63,260 nucleotides of DNA, filler included, from Cercozoa sp. M6MM (GCA_040357565.1; 9 parts of 9 records of this genome joined end to end with filler, not necessarily neighbours in it), one strand, 5' to 3'. Positions 24,692 through 37,135 are shown, counted from the whole stretch's first letter. The notes: generated by a model not told the origin, from the sequence alone. Numbers and translations are program-made.

Positions 24692-25817
24692 CAGTAGCAA
24701 TGACAGAAATGACAATGAGACCGTCGTCGATTTTGACGACGTCGCCTTGTTTCACCGAACGCGGCAGATCGGCGTAGTCGACGTACACGTGCGCCTGCGT
24801 GTCACTCTCGACGAAGCCTTCCACCGGCGTGCTGCTGCAGTGCAGTCGCACCTGTCACAGGGCAACACAGTTACACACAGACATATCAGTTTAATCCTTT
24901 TTTTTTGAATTAATACACTCGCATAATTCAGTCAATACAACTGGCACAGTAAAGACAAGATCAAACACAGAAACACTCGAACCTTAATTCATTCACAAAC
25001 ACTGGAACAAAAGAATGCAGTTCACTCAAACAGACAACTGGAACAGGTTCAAAGAAACCACACATCGCAAGACAACAAAGCACCGTTAACATCCACACAA
25101 TTCAAAGAACAACGCAACACTCACAAGCAGAAAAAGAGGCGAAAGGTTGAGTACCTGCATGCCAGTCTTGAGAAGAATCGGCTCGCCGTTCTTCAATTTG
25201 CCAGTGCGAATCTCGGGACCTTTCTGCCTCCAATAAACACAGAACACACATAAAGTAATCTCTCGTGTCAACCCTGATGTTTCTCGACTGTACCGTGTCC
25301 AGCAACAAGGCGCACGGAATGCCGGTCTGCTTGCTCGCCTCGCGCACGTTGCGCACTGCCACAACACCCCCCCGAAATCAAAGTGCTTCACACCAAGTAT
25401 CATAAACTGCAAAAAAAAGAAACCTGTTTCGGCGTGGTACTCGTGATCGCCGTGCGAGAAATTGAGACGAGCAACATTCATGCCTGGAGTTTTCAATCCA
25501 GACCATCAAAGCAACGCAACAAAGCCAAAACCAAAGCAAAGCAAAGCAAAGCAAAGTAAAGCAAAGCGATAAAGCAAAAAGGAACCAGCATAAAGGAGCT
25601 CAGTGATCATGTCGACCGTGTGCGTGGCAGGACCCAGCGTGCAGACGATCTTTGTGCGACTTTGAACAGCAGCATTCCAGTGATTGAAAACGAAGAGTGA
25701 AGTTGTGAGTGTCGAGTCGCTTTACCGATGCGTGCGCTCTCTTGTGGCGGGACTCGCCACGCATGATGACGTAGACTGCTCCGGAGACGGCTCGAAGCCG
25801 ATGTCAACATGCGGCAT
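24692..25817 (-). CDS. PYK: Pyruvate kinase, 5' exons; 3' part lost at contig end
   Basis: RRTKIVCTLGPA, GMNVARLNFSHG, LLDT|KGPEIRTG, VDYADLP...IDDGLI motifs. Confidence 0.95.
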
Positions 25818-26099
25818 TTCTCTCACTGCGGTCGAACAAGCATCAGTTGTTGTTCCTCAGAAATGCAACCAAACACACCTGTCATTCTCGTTTCTGACTT
25901 TACTTTCAAGCGCTAACAGGTAATCAAGGCGTACTATGCACGGTTCCGGAAGAGATGGCACACAAACAACCGCGATCCAGACCAGGTTGTCAGACTTGGT
26001 ACAAGTCGACCGTTCAATTGTACAGTACTTTTTATAAATTCTGCGCCGATACTCTAGTGCACCAGCCTCTGCCAGTGTGTGTTAATACAGTAAGGAAAG

Positions 26100-27597
26100 A
26101 TGTGGCGGTGGTTTAAAGGATCGAAAGAAACGAGCAGTTCGCCAGCTGGCTCCAAGGAGAATGAAGCCACCCAGCAGGTCGACGAGCCAAGCCGTAACGT
26201 CGGGAAAATCGAGTCGATGCGCCTCCTGGTGCGTGGCTCGGAAAGGACAGGCAAGTCTTCGCTCTTCCGTCGCCTGTCGGGCCTGCCTGTATGCTATGCT
26301 GCTGGATTCCTTCATTTTGTTTGAATGCAAAAAAAAACTGGTGGTTTGTTTGGTTCAGTTAAGCGATGAGAAGCTGTCGGAAGCCAAAATCACGTGGCAG
26401 GTGCGCCAAATGCGAGCAACGGTTGCTTTTTCTGTTGAATGCGAGAAACCGGACGCAATGCTGGTTCTGGTGGATCCACGCGTTCGCGAGGTACTGTAGG
26501 CTTTCAACTTCGCGATTTGTCTTCCACGAAAACAGTTTCTGTGCAGTCGGTCGAGCACGCTAAAATAGAGGTTCAACAATGCCAGGAGCGAGACTTGCCG
26601 GTCTGTGTACTTGTGAACTTCCGCGACGACCTGGCGTCATCATCGGTGTTCGCGATTCGAGCCGAGCTGGGTTTGCTCGACGAGGCAGAAGCCAAGACAG
26701 GCGGCATCGTTGATGTCATCAGTGTGTCGCTGCGAGACTGCTTTGGACTCAGCGAGTTGTATCAGTGGCTCTGCGTGCCACTCGCGCAGATTCGAATTCT
26801 CCGAGCGCAACGCGACTTCAGCAGGATTCACGGCGAGTTTCGCGAATTCGCCGCCAACGACGACGACAACTACGCCGAGCATTGCAAGAAGATTCGACGC
26901 AAGCAGCGGCAGCAGCAGCAGCAGGCCGCTCAAGCCAACAAAAGCAGTGAACCACAGCCCATGGTCGAAGCTGCGAAAACATCAAAGTCAAAAAACACAC
27001 CCCGGTTGTATGGTTTTGATGTTGGAGCCCTCGATGATGGTTTCTTCTCCGATGACGAAGTGCCTGTCGCTGCAATTCCTCAAAGAAAAACCTCTGCACA
27101 CTTGCGTAATACTCTGTTCGCTATCTTTGAGTTGAGTTGAGTTGAGTTGAGTTGAGTTGAGTTGAGTTGTTGGGTCTTTTTCGATTAGGTGGTCTCGACC
27201 GACGGCCGGGCCGGATGAGAGTGGTCGCACCTGCCTACAGTGACATTGAGAACACCGACAGTGAACACGAGAGCGAAGAAGATGGAGAAGTCATCATTGA
27301 AACCGATCTGGTCGTTCCACAAGAAACACCAGCTGTGCCCATCACTTCCGCGCGGACACCTGAACCTTTCGTTCTTTCGACCGAGGAGAATGATGCTTTC
27401 TTTGACAGCGAGCCCGAAGTCTCGTCTAAGGTCGGATCACTGTCAAACGCCTCTGATAAGTTGACTTCGGAGCTCGTGCGGCCCAGCAGCGACATCGAAC
27501 TCAGCGAAGATGTACGTTTTTCCAACTGAAAGCTTGCCCCATATCGTATCGTTTTTTCGTTGTGCGACAGAGTGACGATGAGGTGTTTTTGCTCTGA
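26100..27597 (+). CDS. RABL6: Rab-like protein 6 (RABL6)-like GTPase with acidic tail
   Basis: MRLLVRGSERTGKSSLFRRLSG (G1), PVCVLVNFRD (G4 variant) and SLRDCFGLSELYQWLCVP parallel RABL6 motifs (IRGDRNTGKT, VLGNYRD, FGLKYLHKFFNIPF); TGA at 27595-27597. Confidence 0.75.
27129..27168 (+). repeat. (GAGTT)n intronic microsatellite
   Basis: Directly visible. Confidence 0.85.
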
Positions 27598-27719
27598 TTG
27601 AAACGGCGCAGGAGCGTTACTATTTCGCGTCGACTAGGTCACGGTAGCAGTGAGTCACTGCTCTTGGATATCATATCCGATATGCATCGGCGCAACGGGT
27701 CTCGTCTGAGATTTTTGAG

Positions 27720-27891
27720 TCCTGCACGGCAGCCGAGTCTCCTACTGTAGTACTCGACTATTCAACCGCCCAGGTCTCGGCAGTCTGCGCCACCTGCGCT
27801 GCTCGTCCAACGTGAAGAGAAGACACTTCATGGCTCCTCGCGGAGCGGAGACGAGCACCAACCATGAAATCGACTTCGATGCAGGAGAACT
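27720..27891 (+). ncRNA. Candidate structured RNA element, copy A (unassigned family)
   Basis: Core GCACCAACCATGAAATCGACTTCGATG (27855-27881) and TGCAGGAGAACT are shared with 41010-41144; stems TGCTCGTC/GACGAGCA, GTGAAG/CTTCAT, GCTCC/GGAGC. Confidence 0.45.
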
Positions 27892-27982
27892 AACTGGTCT
27901 GGAAACGAAAGACTGTGAAATCGAAAACTAACAAACTCACACTCATCGACGTCAGTACCGTGCGGTGCATTCACATGAAAAT

Positions 27983-28438
27983 TTACTGCAGTCTCGATTG
28001 AAGTTGTAAGTCACTCTCGGACGGCCCGGCGGGATACTCCATGTACCGTTTGGCTTCGTCGACTGGCCACCGCGCTTGCGGCAGCTCTCTTTTTTGCACG
28101 ACGGCGCTGTCGCTGCTGGCGTTGGTGGAGTCGGCGCCGCGATTGTTGTCTACTCACATGTACAGGCTATGTTATCCCCAACCAAACTGATGAGTAAACT
28201 GACACGTGGTGCACGACGCTGCCGAGAAGCTTCAGCGCGTTCGTCGCGGCACTGTAGAGCAGCAGACACAGCACGTACGCCCGTTGACCTAAACTTACAA
28301 TACAGTACCAACATATGCGCGCATCAATTAGCCTTAGCTACAACATTAAATAATTTAGACTGTACATGTAGTAATTTACCTGCAATGTCCATCAAGAGAA
28401 CTGGGATGAGTACGATTAACGCGTTGGAGATCAGCCAT
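27983..28438 (-). CDS. Small hypothetical multi-exon protein
   Basis: Candidate ATG at 28438, GT-AG intron-like segments, last exon ...VQKRELPQARWPVDEAKRYMEYPAGPSESDLQLQSRLQ*; exon phases not fully resolved. Confidence 0.35.
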
Positions 28439-28639
28439 CTGCGTGTATTCAATAGTTTCAAGTCTGCACTCGTCAGAACTTTGTTTTACAAAAGAACGAC
28501 GTGTGAGCGAAAGCGCCGAAACCGTTCGGCAAAGTCTCGTTCTCTACAGTGATTCAGTGATTTAATAGACAACTGAAGATTGTACAAACCGACTGAACAC
28601 TAAAACTGAAAAAAAGACGAAGACGTACAGCGCATCAAA

Positions 28640-31033
28640 ATCGGTGGCAGAGACGATTTCGGCACGGATTTCGACTTCGCGTCGCTTTGGTAGGTTCTCT
28701 GTGAACGGTGTAGACAATCGGTGTCCGGTACAGAGAATGTGTATAACTTACTGTCTACTAGTTAAACTTAGGGCCCTACCATGCAGATGCTGTGGTCGTA
28801 TCTCCGGCAACCGTGCCATTGGATCGGCTTGGCGAAGGTTCTCATCTGCCTCTCTGTAAACATAGTTCACTACAGTAGTGGCATATGAACGATATCTAAA
28901 AGGATACTGTCTATTGTGATTTACATGATGCGGTTCAATTTATCCGAGTCACCCGTCACTAAGAGGGCAAAAAAGTACTTCTCCTGCTGCATTGACAGTC
29001 CATCACTCAAAACTATTGTTGTACACTGGGCCCTTTGTCGCTCTGCGGCGGCTGCGCTGGCCACTGCAGCAGCCGTGGCGCGATGCTTGCCTCCTGCGAT
29101 GCTCAAATACGTATTGTATGCCAAGGAGTTGACAGATTACAGTAACACTGTTGTTGAAAGAACCTCGATTGCCCCAACTCACATCGTGCAGGTGAGCGAT
29201 GGCAAAAATAGGTAGCGCGTTCAGCAGGTAGGGCTGTTGGCAGTGAAGCAAGGAAAAGTCATTGAGCTCGAGTCAGAAAGAGGGAAAGGCCAAAGTACAA
29301 GTAGGGCAACGTAGCCAACAGAAGCTGCCAACAGACGAACACAGCCCAGCACATTTTGCATCAGGGCTGCCACTATATACAGTACATATATAAGACTGTA
29401 TATACACACTATGTGCCCACTTACCGAAAGGCGAGCCGAACAGCAGCGACACGGAAGTCACAAACACGGCTTTTAGCCACACGGGCTCATCGTCGTCGGT
29501 CAGCAGTTCGCTCAGTAGGAGCGCACTCTTTGGCAGAAATTTCACACTCAGTTTTCAGTTCAGTTGTCTCAAAATGACAGTGTAAATTGAGTGCTTTTAA
29601 ATTTAGTTCTCGGAGCTGCTTTACCATAAAGAGAAACAGCCCAAAGATGGGTGCCCACAGGAATGCCGTGACACGATGAAAGCCGCTCAGAGCTTTCACG
29701 CTGTTCGTACAAGAGCTTTCATTACCCGGGGTACGAGAAGAGTGTTAATTGAACTTACTCGCTGTTGCCAAGTGCGTACACAAAGTGCGACACCTAAATT
29801 GAAGCAGATGCAGTTCAAACTAATCAAAGACTTTGATTGGAGAATACCAGAAGAAGAACATAAACAACGTTGGGTGTGTGAACACAGACGCGGATCAGCA
29901 CGTTGTCTGCCTCAAAAATAATAAAACGAGCCAGCTAGTGTACAGTGTGCATATGACAACCGAATGTGCGAATGCACTGTACCAGATTGAACTCGACTAA
30001 CGAGTTCGTGATGTGCCACCACGAGAAAAATCTGCCAGGAAAACGTAGCTTCTTTAACCCCGGGTGCTGGTAGTGGTTACAGTTCAAGGTGTACCAAGTA
30101 AGTGTGACCGACGAGCACCCAGCCCATTGCAGCCTGGGAGGAATATACAAGTCAACTGAAGTAATTTTCGTAAATTGATTTTGGCGTTTACCTGCAGCAA
30201 CTGATACAACGCGAACAAGCGGTACAGCATCTTGCGTGTTCGCGAATGCCTATCCAAAGCCAATGACACAACTGAAGCTATCTGTCAGGGAGGAGAAAGG
30301 TTATTCGAGAAAAAGAGGTTTTGGTTTACGCAGTGAGATGCAGACGCGTCATTGTCGACAATCCATAAATGTTGGCAAAAACTGAGCCATTGATCCAGCG
30401 CCTGTTTGATGGGCGAAGACGGAGTACTTTGTTACGACTGTATTTGAGACAACGAGGGTTGACTTACCTCCTCTGGCGCACCAAAGTGACCAGGTCCTCG
30501 GGGAGATCGGTCTTTGCAGTCGCATTCGATACCCTGAGGAACAGTCTGACTGGAAAGAAAAAGCACGAGCAGGTACTGTACCATCGCATCGTCCACCCAC
30601 ATTGTAGTGCGCTGTCAAGGGAACTGTGAGTCGAAAACTTAAACCCGAAGGAAGATTACCTCTGCAGCTCGGCACACAAAACTCTGTCTTCTGCGAGATA
30701 CAGATTCGCTCGCGAAGGAGTCTGAAACAAAATCCAAAAGTCAAGGTCACAGTTGGACTCAAGGGAGACAGCACCATGCGATGTGGCGGTAGTTCGAGCG
30801 AGGCAAAGTACTTGGACAAGGCACCTCTCGCGAACGTGTTCTTCAGTGCATCCCTTTTTGACAAGCAAGTAAAGTTCCAACTCAACAAAACTAAGTCAAA
30901 GCTGAAGAGGGTGACTCAATTTACCATCGATAGCAGCAGAAGGCACCCGGGAGGACCGAGAGGTATCCCACGGCAGACTCGAGAGCCTTGTCCAACACAT
31001 GTGCCACCTTGTATTCAAACTGCTGCACCGCCT
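28640..31033 (-). CDS. CHS: Chitin synthase (GT2), catalytic core and transmembrane C-terminus; 5' part missing; apparent 1-bp frameshift at ~30501
   Basis: Spliced exons: [46 protein letters not shown] (~30675-30710), QRR|RWINGS (30475-30385), [24 protein letters not shown] (~29165-29197); 3' end approximate. Confidence 0.92.
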
Positions 31034-31066
31034 CTGCTCGTTCAATACTTGCATAGAGGAAATAAA

Positions 31067-31166
31067 NNNNNNNNNNNNNNNNNNNNNNNNNNNNNNNNNN
31101 NNNNNNNNNNTTAATTAATTAANNNNNNNNNNNNNNNNNNNNNNNNNNNNNNNNNNNNNNNNNNNN
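31067..31166. other. Artificial contig-joining spacer
   Basis: N44-TTAATTAATTAA-N44. Confidence 0.97.
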
Positions 31167-31725
31167 TGGTCGATTTCGGCCAGCGGGATGTCGGGCGCGC
31201 AAGAGGTACCTGCACGATTAGTGCGATGAAAATCTCAAAATGTGATATCGATGCAGGAAATTGCCTACCGTATGGAACATGGATGGTGCCACCAAGGCAC
31301 TTGGCAGTGTAACCGTCCGCGCCTCCGTACTGCATATATATATATATACATCTATATATTGTATTTAAATTTATATGTACTCATTTCTTGGTGTTCAATG
31401 ACAATACGGATCTTGCGGGCAAACTCACCGAGTATCCGGTAGGGCACATCATCTTGATGTCGTCATCGTTGCCGTAGGCAGAGGGACACGCCATCTTGGT
31501 GTCGTACATGCCAGTGTTGCTGCCACCATTGCCCTTGTTGCCGTTTCCAGTGGCGTACACCTTGCCATCGTTCGATTTGTCACCTGCCGACACGTAAGTC
31601 TGGCCGCTGCCAGGCTTGCCACCCTTGCCGGAACCAGAGTACATGGATTGCCAGTAGTCTTGACGACTTTGCGTTTCGGCCAGTGCAAGCGCCGGAAGCA
31701 GCAGCGAAGTGATCAGAAGCTTCAT
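31167..31725 (-). CDS. Secreted Gly/Asn-rich, Cys-containing protein; 3' part missing
   Basis: Signal-peptide-like MKLLITSLLLPALALA, then GSGKGGKPGSG...GNGNKGNGG, CPSAY...CPTGY; later exon GGADGYTAKCLGG. Confidence 0.65.
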
Positions 31726-32122
31726 GGTGTCAGTTTGGTTTCAGTTCAGTTGCAGTTGGCAGTTGAGACGAGATTTGTGCGCTGCACAGTCACTATATTG
31801 TCGGTCTCTACGCTTTTGCTGGGTGTTAGAGCGATCACTGAGCAGCTCAAGCCAAAATTTGCGCATTTGCCGCGCACATGAGAAACGCTTCAGTCGGCAA
31901 GTGATAACGCAGTTCTTGGCATTTAAACACAGAACATCAGCTGATTGTACGGCAAAAAATCTTAAGCCCCCCTCCCCCCCCCCCCCCACTCCACGCGCAG
32001 CCCGTCGTACTGTTTTAAAACGATCCGAACTGAAGGAATACGATACGAACGGAACGAAAGCGAAGGAAGGAAATAAATAAAAAGCGGGGCAACGAGCTCC
32101 GGTCCGAGCCGGTCGAGTCCGG

Positions 32123-32530
32123 TTACTGAAGCTTGTGGTCCTCGTCGAGCACGCCGAGGTACAGGCAGGCCATCTCGTAGAACATGAGATTGAGTGCAGC
32201 CGACGGCGCTGTCTTGCACAGCTGCGGCACGAGGCCTCGGTAGAAGGCGCGTGGTCCGCCCTTGGCGATGTGCCTGCAGGCGTCCGTGACAGAGGAGACC
32301 TCTCCACCATACAGCACAGTTCGCATCACCTGCGGTCAAGGTAGGTCAGGTAGCTTAGTACAGCACAGCGGCGAGACTGAGAGCAAGAGAGCAAGCACCT
32401 GCAACGGGTACGTAATGGTGACCGAGAACATCTTGGACGTGGCGGCCATCATGGCCCACTGCCACTCGCGCAAGTCCTCGCCTGTCCACACAGAGAGACA
32501 CAGATGTATGCCGCGTCTGCTTTAATTGAT

Positions 32531-32573
<43 letters not shown>

Positions 32574-32812
32574 TCAGGCACCGGCATTGACGTGTCGGAA
32601 CACAACTCGCTTCAGCTGCTCGTAGGCCATGAACTGCCAAACACACACGACAAGACACATAGACACGTACACATAAGGGGGACAGTGGGAGACCTGGATG
32701 CCGCTGTTCCACGCAATCAGCAGCGCTGGCCGAATGCCGCGGTAGAAGCCGCCGATGCCGTCCGTCTGGAGCGTCCTCCTGACGCACGATGCTACCGAGG
32801 CATTCCTGTCCC

Positions 32813-32860
<48 letters not shown>

Positions 32861-32870
32861 NNNNNNNNNN

Positions 32871-32923
<53 letters not shown>

Positions 32924-32960
32924 TACACATACATACACACACAATAACTGTATGTACAAC

Positions 32961-32993
<33 letters not shown>

Positions 32994-33709
32994 TAGACAG
33001 ACACATACACGGACACGTACAAAGACACAGACACAGACACGGACACACAGAATACCGATCATTGGAGGTCTGCACGAGAGTCTTGACGACCCAGATGGGA
33101 TTCGTGATGAGTGACGTGCCCACACCAGCGGCGTAGCCACTTAGCAGGTGCTGCATCGGCGATAAGCGCGCCGAGTCGCTTTGTGAGCGGAACAACTGCG
33201 TCACAAACACAGCAGTACAACAAGGCACAAGGCACAGAACACACGGCACATGGGAGATGTGTACCTGTTTCACTGACCGGTACAGGAAGAAGTAGACGCT
33301 CCATGACATTGCACTGCCGGCGAGGTTGGGTGCAAGGCCACGGTACAAGGCCAGAGGTCCCTCCTGCCGCACGATCTGCTTCATCGCATGTGGCATACTC
33401 CTGTACTTGGTGGTACTGTCTGTGCGCACATGATATCATATACATATGATATTATTAAAGAGACTCGGCACCAGCCTGTGCAGCCTGCATTTGCATGCGC
33501 GTTTTGATGAGATCGAGCGGCTGCAGCGCAAACTTGGTCAGCGCGCCCGACGAGGCACCTGCCAGCAGCACTCTCTTGTCGGCGAGCGCCTTCTCTGCAG
33601 GCAACAGGCGCACATCCAAACGAACTCACCTCCCCCGCATCGCACTACATGTGAGTGTACGGGGCGTCGCCTTTGGCGGCAACGAGGTCGACGGCGACGA
33701 TTTCGTCAT
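32123..33709 (-). CDS. SLC25A32: Mitochondrial carrier, folate/FAD transporter subfamily (SLC25A32/FLX1-like), complete
   Basis: Three carrier repeats: PLDLIKTRMQ, EGPLALYRGLAPNLAGSAMSWSVYFFLY, TNPIWVVKT, IQFMAYEQLK, ITYPLQVMRT, FYRGLVPQL. Confidence 0.85.
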
Positions 33710-34419
33710 CTGTGTGTTTTCGTTCGGTACGAGCGGAGACGGAGACTGATCTTGATTCGCCAAAGTCCGCAAAAGGTCCGCACTCGATAGGGAGACCAGC
33801 AGCGCCAATCGCGTCTATTGCGAAATTGCGCACTAATTTCGAAAGAACATCCGTTGTCACGCCGTGTGCCGCAGCGCGATATTCTTTTTATTATTTTTTT
33901 TTTTAGCTTGTTCAATGTCAAGTAGCCTGTGTAGTGCAGAATTCGGGAATTTCTCGGTCTTTCTGTTCCGTGCTCGGCCTCTTAGTTTGCCAGTCGGAAC
34001 AAGTAGAGTCGTATTTTCCGAACCAGGAGGCGAGGGAAACATCAAAAGGACTGCCAATAAAGTGCCGAAGTTATTGACATCGATGTCATACAAGTACAGT
34101 CATTTAACAAATGACGCACAAATAGACAGCAGTTGAAACATCGTTAAGGTGGTACATTGTAATTGTTATTCCCACATTTCAAAAGGAGCGAAACGTCCGC
34201 CCGCATTCCAGGAGCCACATTCCGCAACTTGAGACATTGTGGCCAGGATCCTCCCGGCCGCAGCGTGATTAGCCCTACACGGCACAGTGCCTGATACGCA
34301 CAGCAGAGTACTCTGGAGTAGGTGCGGAGATCGGCGTGTTCTCCGTATCAATTTGCTTTGTCGCGCACTGGTGTTCCGTTGTGCTGGTTGCCTTGGTCGC
34401 CTGTCTGGAGGAAACGCAC

Positions 34420-37135
34420 ATGCGTCTGCACATTTTAAATGTACAGCAACACGCTTGACTTGTAACACTTGTGTGTGTAGGTATCGGAGGTGTTGTATGC
34501 GTGCAGGACCCTCGCTCGTCGTTTGCGGGAGACCTGTCGCGCCGCGTTCAGTCGCTGTTGCACGCGCCGCCCGATTGCGACGTCTCCTACGCCTACGTGC
34601 CGCAGCACGGCGATGAAGCTGTGCCATTCTTTTCCTGTGCCGTGTGCAGTACTGCTGTGTGGTAGGCGAATGACTGTACTGTTGGTTGTCTGCACAGGGC
34701 GTGGTGGCCTCCCTGCTGACTGCGATCGTTCGCATCGTGTGCAACATTGACGGTACCTTGTAACTCGGCACCTCTGTGATCACACACGTGTCGCACTCCC
34801 TGTTGGCTCTAGTTCGTCAGGAAACCGTGCTCGCAGTGGCCAGTGAGGACACTCGTTTGGTACCATGTCTCTCTGTTGGCAGTTGATAGGTACACCTTAA
34901 TCTTCATTGTGTGGGTGCAGGTATCAGCACTGCAGTCGGTGAGAGACATGGTGCGCCTCGTCGTTGCCTCCACTTCGCCTGCCTTGAGGGAGGTACCATC
35001 ATTACCTATATCCACATACACACACACGCACACACTTATATTACATATATATATATATATGTGTGTGTGTATGTGTGAGGACAGGTGGCACACGACCATG
35101 TGCCGATGTTGACGCACTCAGCGTCGCTGTCCCGCTGCAGTTCGAACTCGCACCTGCAGGTGCCTCTTTTGCCCCTACCTCCCACCCTTTACCCTTTCCC
35201 GTCTGCCACAGGGCCTGGTGTCGCCTCTGGCCGATTTCGACGAGTCGCAAAAGTCGCGGCAGCTCGAATCGCCGCCTCAGTCCTCCTCGTAGCTCCCTCT
35301 TTACCCCCCCCCCCCTTTTTCCCCCCCCCCCCCTCTTTACCCGCTCTTTACCTCTCTTTCCCCTCCCCCTCATTGCAGATTAAAGAACACGCGTATGCTG
35401 CGTGCGGTGGCGTCTGTGCCGGACTTTTTCGACCTGCCAGTGTCGACACCGTCGCCTGCACCTGTAGCACTGCCACATACCAAAACACATACTTACCCCC
35501 CCCCCTGGTATATGTGTGTGTATGCGGATGTGTGTACACGTAGATGTTCGAGTACTCGCCGGCATCGGCGCTGCGGACGTCGTCGTCGTCGTCGTCGCTG
35601 TCGTCGATGCCGATGCTGCCGACGCCGACGCAGACGGCGCCGCCGCAGTTCCCGGTGTACGGTGTCTCCGTTAACAACAGCAACAACAACAACAACAACA
35701 ACAGCAGCAGCAATGCTATCGCCGTTGGTATGTGTTTGTATCTTGCATAATGTGTGTATGTATTTGCATATATGTATGTACGTACCTATATATATATATA
35801 TATATGTATATATATGTACTATGTATTTGTATGTATATGCTAGCAGGCAGCAGTACACGCGGCACGGTGTCGACCCGGCAGCGGCGAAACCGACGCACGC
35901 GCCGCCGACAGCTGCAAGACGCCGCTTCCGTAAGACACATGCAGGGGGGGGGGTAAAACTTTTACACTGCCCAGTGCGCTCAGGTGTCACGTCGTCGCGA
36001 TCGGAGAAATCAAAAGGGACCACCTACTGTGGTATACGCACTGATACCACGGGGTAAAGTGGGGGGTTAAAAGGGAATCCATGGATGCGAATTGCGGCAG
36101 GATGGCTCGCTGCTGCAGCCGGGTGTTGTGTCCTGGGACCGCCTGCTTTCGGTACTCTCTTGTGTGGTTTCCTTTGCTACCCTTCCCCCCGCCAGTACCT
36201 TGGAAGCACACGCAGATTGACTGGAGCGCCATCACGCCGCCGCACAACGACGACGAGACACGTGCCAGGTGTCGCTTCTTCCAGCGGCCGTGGAAGTGCC
36301 CGCAACGCAACGCGTGCCCGCGTACTTCTGCCGCTACTTGTTTATATATAGATATATATATGTTTGTTTTGTTTATTTATTTTATTGGTCATATACAGAT
36401 ATATATATATATATATATATATATACCTATCTGTCTGTCATCCATCTATCTATGTATCTATCTGTCTGTCTGTCTTTATATCTATCTATCTATCTATCTA
36501 TCTCTATCTCTCTGTTAATTTCTTCATTTCTTGCAGTGAGGCACTGCACGCCGTCGCAGGTGTTCACGGGCGCTTGTCCTTCCGTGCCGCCAAAGATACA
36601 CCGCGACATCCTGGTCAACCAACCCCTTTCTACCCATCTATATATACATGTGTACGTATATATAAATATATGTATGTGTGTAGGCCGTGCTGCGACAGTC
36701 GCGCTACTTGCACACGGGCGTGCCGTCCTCCCAGGTACAGAAGGGGGTCAACCGAATCCAGGAGTCAAGGGGGTAGGACAAACACAATGAGTATTGGCTG
36801 CTGAGAACAGTTCGCCTCGCTGTTCCGCCTGCTGCACGGCGTCGAACTGAAGCTCACCGAGCTCGGCGTGTCGCGCCTCGTGCAGCTCTTTGCCGCCGAC
36901 CAGTTGCGCGATCTGGTAGTCTATCTTCTCTCTCCTTTGAGCAGGCATATGTACATATCATGTGTCTGTCTGCACAGGTGGAAGCTGTCAACATTCCCTC
37001 GGAAAGTTCGGGCGGCCTCGGCACCTCGGGGTATTCCCTTCCTGTCTCTCGTGTGACTGTTCAACGTGTTTTCGTAACTGCAGCGTGCACTTCCGACTCA
37101 CGTTGGAGGGCGTGCAGCGATCGCATGCCTTGTAG
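34420..37135 (+). CDS. Degenerate NYN (PIN-like) + CCCH zinc finger + LOTUS/OST-HTH protein; start may be further upstream
   Basis: VLAVASEDTRLVSALQSVR...LVVASTSPALREVAHDHV (NYN C-terminal half, from 34813); CRFFQRPWKCPQRNACPLRH (C-x8-C-x5-C-x3-H, 36270-36544 spliced); DILAVLRQS...GVPSSQFASLFRLLHGVELKLTELGVSRLVQLF (LOTUS); TAG at 37133-37135. Confidence 0.7.

Noticed and set aside
27706-27718. CTGAGA (TPP riboswitch word) and Sm-like ATTTTTG
   Set aside because: The remaining TPP or snRNA consensus elements are missing and copy B lacks these words
27832-27846. TCCTCGC as HDV ribozyme loop L3
   Set aside because: Flanking bases cannot form P3/P1; the segment fits a simple GCTCC/GGAGC hairpin
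30626-31114. Plus-strand 162-aa ORF
   Set aside because: Antisense to chitin synthase exons and runs into the spacer
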